Source: a bacterium
GTDB lineage: Bacteria > UBA8248
Assembly (NCBI GenBank): GCA_965213625.1
Contig: CBDBZU010000004.1
Span: 480,001 to 544,000 of the forward strand
Length of the DNA: 64,000 bases
Direction: 5' to 3'
The first letter of the stretch is position 1. Every line of letters starts with the position of its first letter. Below are positions 30,506 to 39,977 of this stretch, in pieces. Below the pieces are notes generated by a model, which did not search any database, had not been told where the DNA came from, and worked only from the letters and a program-made list of their open reading frames with translations. The position numbers and the translations under genes are program-made.

Positions 30506-32821
30506 ATGAGGATGCTCGCAGAAGATGTTCAGGCGGAAGATTCGTTGGTCGAGAGGCCGGATGAGCCATGGCCTCATTCCCCTGATTTGTCCACAACCGC
30601 AGAGGCGTACTGGCGTTCGCAGTACGAGCGCGAGCGTGCGCGCGCGGAGGAGGCGGAGGCTCGCTGCGAGGAGTTGCGGGGTAAGGAGGTGGCTTCGCGC
30701 GCGCGGGCGGGTTCGCTGAAGTGGTGTCTCGACAACTGCCGGAGAAAGCTTGCCGCGCGCGTCAAGAAGTTGAAGGAAGTCCGCCGCGCCGCGAAGCAGG
30801 ACGTCCAGGCGCTGGAAGCGGAAGTGGCTCGACAGGAGAAGCTTCTTCGCAAAGCCGGTGTCGAGCCGGGGGAGCGCAGCCCGCTCGAGTCGCTGCGCAA
30901 GGAGGTCGCCCGGTTGAACAAGGCTCTCTCGGGCGCGTTGCCACCGAAGGAGGCCGCGCGGCTGCGCCGGGTCGTGGAGAAGCGGGCGAAGACGATAGAG
31001 TCTCTTCGCGAGGAGCTTGAGGGGCGGGAGAAGGATGTCGTCCGTCTGAAGGATCGGCTGGCGTGGGAGAAGCTGGAGACAGCGGATCACAAGAAGACTA
31101 TTCAATATCGTGAAGAGGAGCTTATCCGGCTCTACGGGAAGTTGCGGGAATCGCGCGACGAGTTGCGTGTCTCGCTCCGGGCCGCAGGCAGAGTGAAGGA
31201 GGGGCTGAAGGAGCGGCTGTTGCGCGCGAAGGAGGCGGCGTGCTCGAGGACGCCTCGTTCGGACGAGGCGCTTCGCAAGGCCCTGGGGAGGTCGCGGCGT
31301 CAGAAGACGGCGCTCGGGTCCCTGACCAGGGAGAACGCGCGGTTGCGCCGTGCACTACGCAAGTCGGAGACCCGCCGGGCGCGGCTGGAGGCCGAGCTCG
31401 CGAAGCTTCGCGCCACCGGAGCGGTGCTGGCGAGGAGGCTGTTCGGGCGCAGGAGCGAGCGGCAGGAGAAGCCGCGCTCGGAGCGCAGGCGCGGCGGGCA
31501 GCCCGGTGCCCGGGGCCATGGCCGCACCCCGCGGCCCGCGCTCGGGGAGAGGACCGAAGTCCGCAACCCGCCGCCCGGTGCGCGCGTCTGCGCCGGTTGC
31601 GGGCGGCCCTACGCGGCGAACGGCGCGCGTGTATCGAGTATCGTCGAGATTGAAGTCTCGGCCTACAGGCGCGTCATCCACCGTCCGAGGTGGCGTCGGG
31701 GGTGTGAATGCGCATCGTCTCCGGTGGAAGTGTCGGCGCCGCCCGCCCCGCGCCTGTTCACGGGCACGGCTTACGGGACGAGCGTGTGGGCGCGCTTCCT
31801 GTTCGAGCGCTACGCCTGCTTCCGCCCGCTCAATCGCGTCGCCGCGTGGTTGTCGGACCAGGGGCTTGCCGTCTCGGCGGGGACGCTGGGCGACAGCGCG
31901 CACCGCTTCACGCCGCTCTTCGATCCGGTGGCTGCGGCGACCCTCGCCCGCCAGAACGAGTCGCAGTTGCGCCACGGGGACGAGACAACGTGGCGCATCC
32001 AGTCGCTTCGCGAGCAGGAGCGCTCGAGCCGCGCCTGGCTGTGGGCCTCGTTAAGCGCAGACGCCGTCTACTTCCACGTCGACCCCTCGCGGAGCGCCGA
32101 TGTCGCGATGAAGCTGTTCAGCGCGGCCGGCCGCCATACGGTCCTCGTCTGCAACCGCTACAGCGCCTACAAGAAGCTGGCGCGCGAACTCGGGGGTCTG
32201 GTCACTCTCGCATCATGTTGGGCACATCAAAGAAGAACCTTTATCGACTGCGCGGCCGGCGAGGCGCGCCTGACGCCGTGGTGCGAGAGGTGGATCGGGC
32301 GGATCGCCTTGCTCTACCGTCTGAACGAGGCGCGCCTGGCCCGTTACGACTCAGGTCTCGAACACCAGGACGCGGCGTTCAACGCGGCGCACGACGAATT
32401 GAAGAAGGCGCTCGAGGGCCTGTTCGCGCAAGCCCGACGCGAACTGGCCGCCCTGTCGGCGCAGGCGCGCGAGGGCAAGGCGCTTCGCTCGCTGCTGAAC
32501 CACCGCGAGGGGCTGAGCGTCTTCCTCGAGCGCCCCTGGGTGCCGACAGATAATAACGCCATTGAGAGAGTGCTCAGGGGTCCCGTGATCGGCAGACGGC
32601 TCTCGTTCGGCTCCGTGAGCGAGGCTGGCGCCCGGTTTACGGCGATGATGTACTCCGTCCTCGGAACGCTCTCCTCGAACGGCATCGACCCGCTCCGCTG
32701 GCTCGAGGCATGGCTCACCGCCTGCGCTGAGAACGGCGGCCGCTCGCCCGGGGACCTCTCCGCGTGGCTGCCCTGGTCGATGGGCGCGGAGCGCAGACGC
32801 GCCCTCATGGCGCCGGGATGA
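30506..32821 (+). CDS. IS66-family DDE transposase with a long N-terminal coiled coil
   Basis: LFGRRSE, GGQPGARGH, CAGCG, HGDETTWR, CWAHQRR and TDNNAIERVLR. The usual DxYxxY reads NRYSAY. Confidence 0.9.
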   Translation: MRMLAEDVQAEDSLVERPDEPWPHSPDLSTTAEAYWRSQYERERARAEEAEARCEELRGKEVASRARAGSLKWCLDNCRRKLAARVKKLKEVRRAAKQDVQALEAEVARQEKLLRKAGVEPGERSPLESLRKEVARLNKALSGALPPKEAARLRRVVEKRAKTIESLREELEGREKDVVRLKDRLAWEKLETADHKKTIQYREEELIRLYGKLRESRDELRVSLRAAGRVKEGLKERLLRAKEAACSRTPRSDEALRKALGRSRRQKTALGSLTRENARLRRALRKSETRRARLEAELAKLRATGAVLARRLFGRRSERQEKPRSERRRGGQPGARGHGRTPRPALGERTEVRNPPPGARVCAGCGRPYAANGARVSSIVEIEVSAYRRVIHRPRWRRGCECASSPVEVSAPPAPRLFTGTAYGTSVWARFLFERYACFRPLNRVAAWLSDQGLAVSAGTLGDSAHRFTPLFDPVAAATLARQNESQLRHGDETTWRIQSLREQERSSRAWLWASLSADAVYFHVDPSRSADVAMKLFSAAGRHTVLVCNRYSAYKKLARELGGLVTLASCWAHQRRTFIDCAAGEARLTPWCERWIGRIALLYRLNEARLARYDSGLEHQDAAFNAAHDELKKALEGLFAQARRELAALSAQAREGKALRSLLNHREGLSVFLERPWVPTDNNAIERVLRGPVIGRRLSFGSVSEAGARFTAMMYSVLGTLSSNGIDPLRWLEAWLTACAENGGRSPGDLSAWLPWSMGAERRRALMAPG

Positions 32822-32825
32822 CGCC

Positions 32826-33698
32826 GTGACCGAGTGCCGCTACTACGGACGCGACTTCACGACGGAAGAGATGGCGCTGCTGCGCGCGCTGATCGCCGGT
32901 CCTCCTGCGCTCAACCGCCATGCGCTCTCGAAGGAGTTCTGCCGCCGTATCGGCTGGTTCAAGCCCGACGGCGGACTCAAGGACATGATGGCCCGGGTGA
33001 CCATGCTCGCCATGCACAGGGACGGCCTGATCTCGCTCCCCCCGCCGAAGCACCCGCGAGCCCCGGCGCGGCCAATCGTCTTCGGACCAGATACCGAAGC
33101 ACCCCTCATCCCGGCGCCGGCGACTCTCGACGAGGTCCGCCCCATCGGGATGCGCATCGCCGTGCGCGGAACCCGCGAGGGCAGGCTCTGGAACGAGTTC
33201 GTCGCACGCTACCACTACCTCGGCTACAAGACCCTCGTCGGCGCCCAGATGCGCTACGCCGTACATGACCGCGACGGCAGGCCCCTCGCCATGCTCGGCT
33301 TCTCCACCGCCGCCTGGAAACTCGCCCCGCGCGATGCCTTCATCGGCTGGACGCCGCAGTTGCGCGAGAAGAACCTCCCCCTCGTGATCGACAACCCGAG
33401 GTTCCTCATCCTGCCATGGATCAAAATCCCCAACCTCGGCTCGCACCTCCTCGCCATCGTCCGCAGGCGCCTGCCCGGAGATTGGACCGAGCGCTATGGC
33501 ACGACCCCCGTCCTCGTCGAGACCTTCGTCGAGACGCCCCGCTACACCGGCGCCGTCTACAGGGCTTCGGGATGGATTCACGTCGGAACCACACAGGGAC
33601 GAGGACGTTATGACAGGTACAATCGTCATGACAAACCCAAAAAGGACATCTGGCTAAGGCCCCTCCGAAACAACTGGAAGCAAGTACTCAAGCGCTGA
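32826..33698 (+). CDS. DUF4338 (DruA-like) domain protein
   Basis: WNEFVARYHYLG, GAQMRY, RDAFIGW, RFLILPW, ETFVE, GAVYRASGW and G.TQGRGR. Confidence 0.85.
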   Translation: MTECRYYGRDFTTEEMALLRALIAGPPALNRHALSKEFCRRIGWFKPDGGLKDMMARVTMLAMHRDGLISLPPPKHPRAPARPIVFGPDTEAPLIPAPATLDEVRPIGMRIAVRGTREGRLWNEFVARYHYLGYKTLVGAQMRYAVHDRDGRPLAMLGFSTAAWKLAPRDAFIGWTPQLREKNLPLVIDNPRFLILPWIKIPNLGSHLLAIVRRRLPGDWTERYGTTPVLVETFVETPRYTGAVYRASGWIHVGTTQGRGRYDRYNRHDKPKKDIWLRPLRNNWKQVLKR

Positions 33699-33732
33699 AA
33701 CAACCCCCATCACCCTGCCACCGAATGCTTAC

Positions 33733-33930
33733 CGAAGATGCTCCGACATTATCGCCCCGGGAACACAGAGGTTTGAATATCTCCGCTTTCGGTTTGATTA
33801 CATTTTGCGGAAAGCAAATGCCGATCGAAATCAGGAACCGCATATATTTCTCAATGATATCAATAGGATAGCGGAATTTGATAGCTGTTGGAAATCCTCT
33901 GCAGCCTGTAAACGGACGTGGAACATTATC
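33733..33930. repeat. Diverged intergenic repeat R1
   Basis: Collinear similarity to 39978-40175 (ACACAG..TTTGAAT, TTTGATTAC, GGAAA.CC, AAACGG.CG) and to 35899-35966. Confidence 0.6.
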
Positions 33931-34142
33931 AACGAGCTCGTTATCCTGCTGGCCCACTTCAGGCTATTGAACGTTATCTACCTGCCAAGAGCTGATCGCC
34001 TCTCCCCTGCGCGCCCACTGGCGAGTATTTTCTCATCGACGACGAAACATCCCCCGAACTCCAGTAGCGTTTCGCTCGGCACCTCCCGCTCGTGCTATGA
34101 ACAGCCCCAACCGGTCGGTACCGGACCCCGAGGCTTGCGAAC

Positions 34143-34178
34143 TTGCGAAATGTCAGAAACTATTATATATTTCTGACA
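34143..34178 (+). promoter_or_regulatory. Sigma70-like promoter overlapped by an inverted-repeat operator of the AbiE operon
   Basis: TTGCGA-17-TATATT. TGTCAGAAA-N10-TTTCTGACA at 34151-34178. Confidence 0.7.
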
Positions 34179-34193
34179 ATGAGGGGATGTCTC

Positions 34194-34787
34194 ATGGAGA
34201 ATCTGAGCGAAGCGATCCTGTCTTATGCAAGAAACCGGCCCGAAGGTGTTCCGTTGAGCGCCAAGGGGTTGCTGCATCTCGGCAGCCGCGCTGCGGTAGA
34301 TCAGTCCTTGTCGCGTCTTGCCCGTCGCGGCGACCTGCTGCGCGTAGGACGGGGCCTCTACGTCCTTCCGGTGAAGAGCCGGTTCGGCAACCGGGCGCCC
34401 TCGCTCCACAAGACGGTCGAGGCGCTGGCGGCCCAGCGCGGGGAGCGAATCGCTTCCAGCGGGGCCATGGCGGCGAATGCGCTCGGCCTGACTACGCAGG
34501 TGCCGGTCAAGCCTGTCTTTCTGACCTCTGGCCGCGACCGCAAATTGAGACTCGGTCGCCAGGAGGTCGAGTTGCGGCACGCTCCGTCATGGCAGCTCGT
34601 GCTGAGTGGCCGCAAGGCGGGAGACGCCGTCCGGGCGCTCGCCTGGCTCGGGCCGGAGAGGGCCGGGGAGGCGCTCAATGTGATCGGGGGATCGCTGAGC
34701 CTCAAGGAGCGCGGGGAGCTGGCCGACGTCAGCGCACAGATGCCGGGGTGGCTGGCGGAACCTGTGAGTCGGTTGGCTCATGGCTGA
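34194..34787 (+). CDS. Type IV TA antitoxin, AbiEi-like (DUF6088)
   Basis: SRAAVDQSLSRL, RVGRGLY and AANALGLTTQVP. Overlaps the toxin start. Confidence 0.85.
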   Translation: MENLSEAILSYARNRPEGVPLSAKGLLHLGSRAAVDQSLSRLARRGDLLRVGRGLYVLPVKSRFGNRAPSLHKTVEALAAQRGERIASSGAMAANALGLTTQVPVKPVFLTSGRDRKLRLGRQEVELRHAPSWQLVLSGRKAGDAVRALAWLGPERAGEALNVIGGSLSLKERGELADVSAQMPGWLAEPVSRLAHG

Positions 34788-35796
34788 GCGTTTTCTGGAT
34801 CTCTCTAATCGTGACCGTCGGGAAGTGCTCGAAGTCGCCGCCGGCGCGTCAGGAAGGCCGGTGTATCTGCTGGAAAAGGACATCTGGGTCGTCTGGGCCA
34901 TCCAGACGCTCTTTGAAGCGCCCATAGGCGCGCCGCTCGTCTTCAAGGGCGGCACATCCCTGTCCAAGGCGTATCGCGCCATTGGGCGTTTTTCCGAGGA
35001 TGTCGACCTGACCTATGACATCCGCGCGCTCGCGCCCGACCTCGTCGGCGACAGCCCGGGAGCTCTGCCGACAAGCCGGAGCCAGGAACAGCGATGGACT
35101 AAGGAGGTCCGCAGACGTCTGGCCGCCTGGATGCATGACGAGGCCGTCCCGTTCCTGGAGAAGAGGTTATATGCGGCAGAGGCGGACGGCGAGATCAGGG
35201 TCGAGGAAGACGAACTCTTCATCCGCTATGCGCCGCTGAGCGAGGGGACGGGCTATGTTCGACCTGAGGTGAAGCTGGAATTCGGCGCACGCGCCACGGG
35301 GGAGCCGAACACGCCGATGCCTATCCGTTGCGACGCGGCCGACCATGTGCCGGATGTCGAATTCCCGGCAGCAAGACCGCGAGTCATGCGGGTCGAACGT
35401 ACTTTTTGGGAGAAGGCGACGGCCGCGCATGTCTACTGTCTGCAGGGGCGATTACGGAGCGAGCGCTTCGCGCGGCACTGGTACGATCTGACGCGGCTCG
35501 AGGGCGCCGGCCTGGCGCAACGCGCCCTCGCGGACCGGGAAACCGCCAATTCCGTGGCGGCGCACAAGGCCGTGTTCTTTGGCGAAAAAGATGCGTCGGG
35601 AAACTGGATAGACTACGAAGTGGCCGTTACGGGCGGTCTGCAACTTGTCCCGACGGGAGACTCCCTGACCGCACTGGCGGACGACTACGCACGGATGGTT
35701 GAAGACCGGCTGCTGATCGAGGAGGCCGAGTCGTTCGATGTCCTGATGGATACCTGCCAGGCAATCGCGGAGGAGGCGAACCGGCTCGACTATTAG
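34780..35796 (+). CDS. AbiEii/AbiGii nucleotidyltransferase toxin
   Basis: LEKDIWV, VFKGGTSLSK, RFSEDVD, ERTFWEK and RHWYDL. Confidence 0.92.
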   Translation: MAERFLDLSNRDRREVLEVAAGASGRPVYLLEKDIWVVWAIQTLFEAPIGAPLVFKGGTSLSKAYRAIGRFSEDVDLTYDIRALAPDLVGDSPGALPTSRSQEQRWTKEVRRRLAAWMHDEAVPFLEKRLYAAEADGEIRVEEDELFIRYAPLSEGTGYVRPEVKLEFGARATGEPNTPMPIRCDAADHVPDVEFPAARPRVMRVERTFWEKATAAHVYCLQGRLRSERFARHWYDLTRLEGAGLAQRALADRETANSVAAHKAVFFGEKDASGNWIDYEVAVTGGLQLVPTGDSLTALADDYARMVEDRLLIEEAESFDVLMDTCQAIAEEANRLDY

Positions 35797-35852
35797 ACGA
35801 CTCACACCTTCCTGGACAGCATATCCATGATTCCTGCTCATAAGTAATCCAT

Positions 35853-35966
35853 AGATGCTTCGCTTTAGCCCGACAGGAGTGCTCTAGACTGCGCAGAAAT
35901 TCTGCGGAAGGCGGGTTCCGAACAGGAATGGGAACAATGATATTTTCTAATAACATCAATTGGATA
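35853..35966. repeat. Diverged intergenic repeat R2 (partial)
   Basis: ATTCTGCGGAAGGC...TATTTTCTAATAACATCAATTGGATA aligns with R1 ATTTTGCGGAAAGC...TATTTCTCAATGATATCAATAGGATA. Confidence 0.5.
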
Positions 35967-36036
35967 AGAATATCCCATAGTCAATGAAGGCGATTTTCTT
36001 TCTCTAAACGAGCGAATTATATAAGGGGTTGGTTCA

Positions 36037-37884
36037 ATGCAGGTCAGCCGACTATCACTAAAGAACTTTCGTGGGAGCAAGTCAGCCGAGCTAGATTTCT
36101 ATGGACATACCTTACTTGTCGGAGAAAACAATGTCGGCAAGTCCACGATTTGCGAAGCACTTGAGTTTGCGCTTAGCCCGGAAAGGCAAAACCGGTTTCC
36201 TGTTGTTGACGAGTTCGATTTCTACAATGCCGCCTATCTCGATGAAAACGAAGAGCCTATCGAGATCCGAATCGAGGTGCTGTTGACGGAAGTGACGCCA
36301 ACGATCGAGAAAGCTTGTGGCAACTATTTGGAACGCTGGGACCCAGCGAGTCGGCGTATTTTAGGCCAAGGTGAGGTCGACCAAGTCGACGGTGCGGGGC
36401 ATGTTTGGTGCCTGCGGCTTCTGACCATCGCGCGCTACAATAAAGAAGAAGACGAATTCGAGACTGCAACGCACTACGCAAAAGCTTATGACCCTGAGAA
36501 AGAGGATGACAGTCGCGTTCCCCGCGTGATAAAGCGTAATTTTGGTTTTCTCTACCTACGTGCCCTTCGCACCGGATCGAGAGCGCTCAGCCTAGAGCGC
36601 GGCTCACTTCTCGACGTGATTCTCCGTATCCAGAACCTCCAGACAGGCATCTGGGAGCATGTCCGCCGCCGGCTCGAAGCATTAGACCCGCCAATTGAAG
36701 AAGGCGCCACCAAGCTCACGCCCGTGCTTCAGACCATCGAATCCCGCCTCGCCGAGTACATTGCGATCGACAAGCCTGGTGATGCGACACGGTTGTTCGT
36801 TTCGCAACTCACACGCGAGCATCTTCGAAAGACCCTGAGTTTCTTTATCTCCGTTACCAAAGACCAGAATCCCGTCCCATTCCAAAAAGTCGGTACTGGC
36901 ACGCTCAATACTTTAGTGCTGGCGCTATTGAGCTTCATCGCTGAGCTTAAAGAAGAGAACGTCATCTTCGCTATGGAGGAGCCGGAAATCGCGCTTGCTC
37001 CCCATACACAGAGGCGTATTGCGACCTATCTGTTGAACAAGACGACACAGTGCTTTGTCACTTCCCACTCACCATACGTGATCGAGACCTTCGATCCCGA
37101 ACGCATTATCATCCTGCGGCGGGAGAATGATTCGACCGTGACATACAAACGGGTAAACCTCAGCTTGGAGGTGAAAGCCAAGACGTACCGCCGCTATATC
37201 CGTCGCGGGTTCGCCGAAGCGATGTTAGGTCGCGGCGTCATTGTCACTGAAGGTATCACGGAACAACTTGCCCTCCAGGCCGTAGCTGAGAAGCTGGAGG
37301 CTGCTGACGATGTTCGCTATCCGCTCGACGTGTCTGGTGTCACAATCATTACCGCCGAAGGCGATGGCGGTATTCCTGAATTCGGCCGTTTCTTCGTCTC
37401 TCTCGATTTGCCGACCTTTGCTTTCTTCGACAAGAAGGCACGTTCCCAGAGGGAACAGGATGCTCTGGAGCAGGCCGGTTTTGAAATCCTCAACGAGACT
37501 ACTTACGCCGGCATGGAGGAACTGCTAGCCGTTGAGGTGCCTTTGCATCATCAGTGGTCCTACCTTGAACAAATTAGAGACTCCGGCATTGCACCAAAGA
37601 TTTTTATACCCGCTACGTGTCCCACAGACGACAAAGTGCGCGACTTCACTCGTCAGATGCTGAAGGACGGCAAAGGGTGGGGTCGGGCAGCCGACTTAAT
37701 CGAACGCTGTGCTGTGGCTGAGCTGCCAGCCAGTATCGTCGACTTCCTCGAGCGGATATACAAGCTGTTCCCGCGTCCCAAGGTGCCAGACCTCGTAGAT
37801 TCTGATGAAGAGGCGGCAGGAGAATCGGAAGAAGGATCCGAGCCAGCTGAGGCTGTAAAGACACAGGCTACGGAGGGTGAATGA
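36037..37884 (+). CDS. OLD-family ABC-ATPase/TOPRIM nuclease (Gabija GajA-like)
   Basis: LKNFRG, GENNVGKST, MEEPE, TSHSP and TOPRIM IVTEGITE. Confidence 0.85.
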   Translation: MQVSRLSLKNFRGSKSAELDFYGHTLLVGENNVGKSTICEALEFALSPERQNRFPVVDEFDFYNAAYLDENEEPIEIRIEVLLTEVTPTIEKACGNYLERWDPASRRILGQGEVDQVDGAGHVWCLRLLTIARYNKEEDEFETATHYAKAYDPEKEDDSRVPRVIKRNFGFLYLRALRTGSRALSLERGSLLDVILRIQNLQTGIWEHVRRRLEALDPPIEEGATKLTPVLQTIESRLAEYIAIDKPGDATRLFVSQLTREHLRKTLSFFISVTKDQNPVPFQKVGTGTLNTLVLALLSFIAELKEENVIFAMEEPEIALAPHTQRRIATYLLNKTTQCFVTSHSPYVIETFDPERIIILRRENDSTVTYKRVNLSLEVKAKTYRRYIRRGFAEAMLGRGVIVTEGITEQLALQAVAEKLEAADDVRYPLDVSGVTIITAEGDGGIPEFGRFFVSLDLPTFAFFDKKARSQREQDALEQAGFEILNETTYAGMEELLAVEVPLHHQWSYLEQIRDSGIAPKIFIPATCPTDDKVRDFTRQMLKDGKGWGRAADLIERCAVAELPASIVDFLERIYKLFPRPKVPDLVDSDEEAAGESEEGSEPAEAVKTQATEGE

Positions 37885-39614
37885 CTTTCGTCTCCTGCTC
37901 TGATCGGGACCGCATTCTAGCAGCGGACGACCATGTGCTCGTTACCGGAGGACCTGGCTGCGGGAAAACGACCGTTGCGCTCCACAAAGCGTTGCAACGG
38001 ATTGGAGCCGGGTTGCTTCCTGGGCAGAAGGTGCTGTTTCTCAGTTTCTCTCGAGCGGCAGTCACCCGCATCGTCCAAGCCTCCCGCAAGGATTTGCCAA
38101 AAGAGTACCGCAGGCAACTCGACATTCAGACCTTCCATTCCTTCTGTTGGCGGCTAGTGCAGGGACACGGTTATCTCCTCGGTGCCACGTCGCCCATACA
38201 GCTCTTGCCACCGCACGATGAGCGAGCGATACGAAACGGTGCCAAGAGTGACGATCCGGCCTGGGATGCCGAACGGGAACGCCTCTTCCTCGAAGAGGGA
38301 CGCATCGTCTTCGACCTTTTTGCGCCGAAGGCACTCGAACTTTTTCAAAGGAGCGCTGCGCATCGACAACTGGTAGCAGACCGTTATCCGTTGATCATCG
38401 TGGACGAGGCACAGGACACGGGCACGGAACAATGGGCCTGCATGGAAGCGCTCGCTGGTCTTACGCAACTCATCTGCCTCGCCGATCTCGACCAGCAGAT
38501 TTACGATTTCCGGCGCGACGTGAGCCCTGAGCGCCTGAAACAGATAATGACGGCGCTTGCGCCGTTGGAAGTTGACCTCGGAGTCCAGAATAAACGTAGT
38601 CCTCGTGCCGAGATCGTCAAGTTTGGTAATGATATCCTTTTACAATCGCCGCAAGGTTCCTCTTATACTGGTGTCAGTCAGTTATCGTTCCGTCCGAACG
38701 CTGAGCGGCGCGACCGTGCCATTCGCAATGCTGTCGGGATACTTCGGAAGAAGATCACTGATACGACGGGGACACCACCGCTGAGTATCGGCTACCTGAC
38801 GAACTGGGGTAAGGGTGTAACAATTGTCGCCCGTGCACTTCAGGGCGGCGAAGGTATCAAGGAAATCCCTCACCGCGTCGTTATGGATGAGGCCGAGGTG
38901 CTTCTCGCCACACGCGTCGTTGCCCTCTGCCTGGAACCGGTTGAGGATGTTTGGGAAAATCTAGCAACAGGTCTTGACCTTATTGCGGAGCTATATCGGG
39001 CGCGGGGCAATGCCAAGAAAGTTGACCAGTTGAGAAGGAACGCCGCCGATGCCCGAGAGAAAAGGGTGCGTGGTAACGCAAAATGCCCACGTTCTCTGAA
39101 GGACATTCTGGAGCATCTGCAGGCCTATCCGCTCAGCGGAAGTCCGGGACAAGATTGGCTGACCATTCGGCGCAAGTTTGAGGCCAGTGACGTAGCAGAG
39201 CTCAAGTTGGTCGCCCGCCAAGTCATCTATCTAATGGGCTTCAACCGAGGACTGCGAATTTCTGATGCCCTTGCCGAAGTCTGGCAACAACGCGGCAGAT
39301 ATGAGAGGGCACGTGCCCTCATCGAGGCGGCAGTTACCGAGGACCAGATCATCGGCAGCAACGGCGATTTGAACGGCATCAACGTCATGACCATGCACAA
39401 ATCCAAGGGGAAGGAATTCGACGGGGTCATCATCCTGCATCTGGGCAATAACATGTCGCCTTTGTCACCGGACTATGAGTCCGCACCGCATATGAAGAGT
39501 CGACGTTTGCTCCGGGTTGGAATAACACGGGCGAAGCAGCACGTTCTAATGCTGACGGATGTATTCAGTCCTTCGCCACTTCTGAAGGGACACAATTTAA
39601 ACTATCAACTATGA
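37881..39614 (+). CDS. UvrD-like SF1 helicase (Gabija GajB-like)
   Basis: GGPGCGKT, TFHSF, VDEAQD, TMHKSKGKEFD and VGITRAK. ATGA overlap with the OLD gene. Confidence 0.88.
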   Translation: MTFVSCSDRDRILAADDHVLVTGGPGCGKTTVALHKALQRIGAGLLPGQKVLFLSFSRAAVTRIVQASRKDLPKEYRRQLDIQTFHSFCWRLVQGHGYLLGATSPIQLLPPHDERAIRNGAKSDDPAWDAERERLFLEEGRIVFDLFAPKALELFQRSAAHRQLVADRYPLIIVDEAQDTGTEQWACMEALAGLTQLICLADLDQQIYDFRRDVSPERLKQIMTALAPLEVDLGVQNKRSPRAEIVKFGNDILLQSPQGSSYTGVSQLSFRPNAERRDRAIRNAVGILRKKITDTTGTPPLSIGYLTNWGKGVTIVARALQGGEGIKEIPHRVVMDEAEVLLATRVVALCLEPVEDVWENLATGLDLIAELYRARGNAKKVDQLRRNAADAREKRVRGNAKCPRSLKDILEHLQAYPLSGSPGQDWLTIRRKFEASDVAELKLVARQVIYLMGFNRGLRISDALAEVWQQRGRYERARALIEAAVTEDQIIGSNGDLNGINVMTMHKSKGKEFDGVIILHLGNNMSPLSPDYESAPHMKSRRLLRVGITRAKQHVLMLTDVFSPSPLLKGHNLNYQL

Positions 39615-39709
39615 TGGAGCAGGTGTGATAGAGGACTGGTTTAGTCATGGCAAATCCCAGAGTGGATAGAGAAGGTTTACGCCAATACGGACCCATGCTT
39701 TGCTTACCT

Positions 39710-39735
39710 CCATCACCCTGCCACCGAATGGTTAC
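39710..39735. repeat. Extra IS66 right-end copy
   Basis: CCATCACCCTGCCACCGAATGGTTAC, 25/26 identical to 33707-33732. Confidence 0.9.
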
Positions 39736-39741
39736 TCGTTC

Positions 39742-39977
39742 GTAAGGATTCGGTCGTGGGGTGATAGAGCGTACCACAGACTCTCCTGAGTGGGTGTTAA
39801 CGACGCGGGCCAATGTCTCCCACGTTCAGTGTGAATGCTGCTGATTCACCAAGACCACCTGAATATCCTACCACTGCCGAAGTGGTGAGGGTACTGCTCT
39901 GGTCTGACTCTTTTCGGACAATGCTTCATGTAGGCACCGGTTTCAGCACGGCCATCACCCTGCCACCGAATGCTTAC
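39742..39977 (+). mobile_element. 236-bp non-autonomous MITE with IS66 ends
   Basis: Begins GTAAGGATTCGGTCGTGGGGTGATAG (IRL type) and ends CCATCACCCTGCCACCGAATGCTTAC (identical to the IRR). Confidence 0.8.

Larger units (their letters stand above)
30396..33732 (+). mobile_element. IS66-family element carrying tnpC and a DUF4338 gene
   Basis: IRL GTAACCATTCGGTCGTATGGTGATGG and IRR (reverse complement) GTAAGCATTCGGTGGCAGGGTGATGG, 22/26 match. No 8-bp TSD seen. Confidence 0.88.

Noticed and set aside
32826-33698. Druantia defence system
   Set aside because: Only a DUF4338 gene is present, inside IS ends. There is no DruE helicase or other dru gene.
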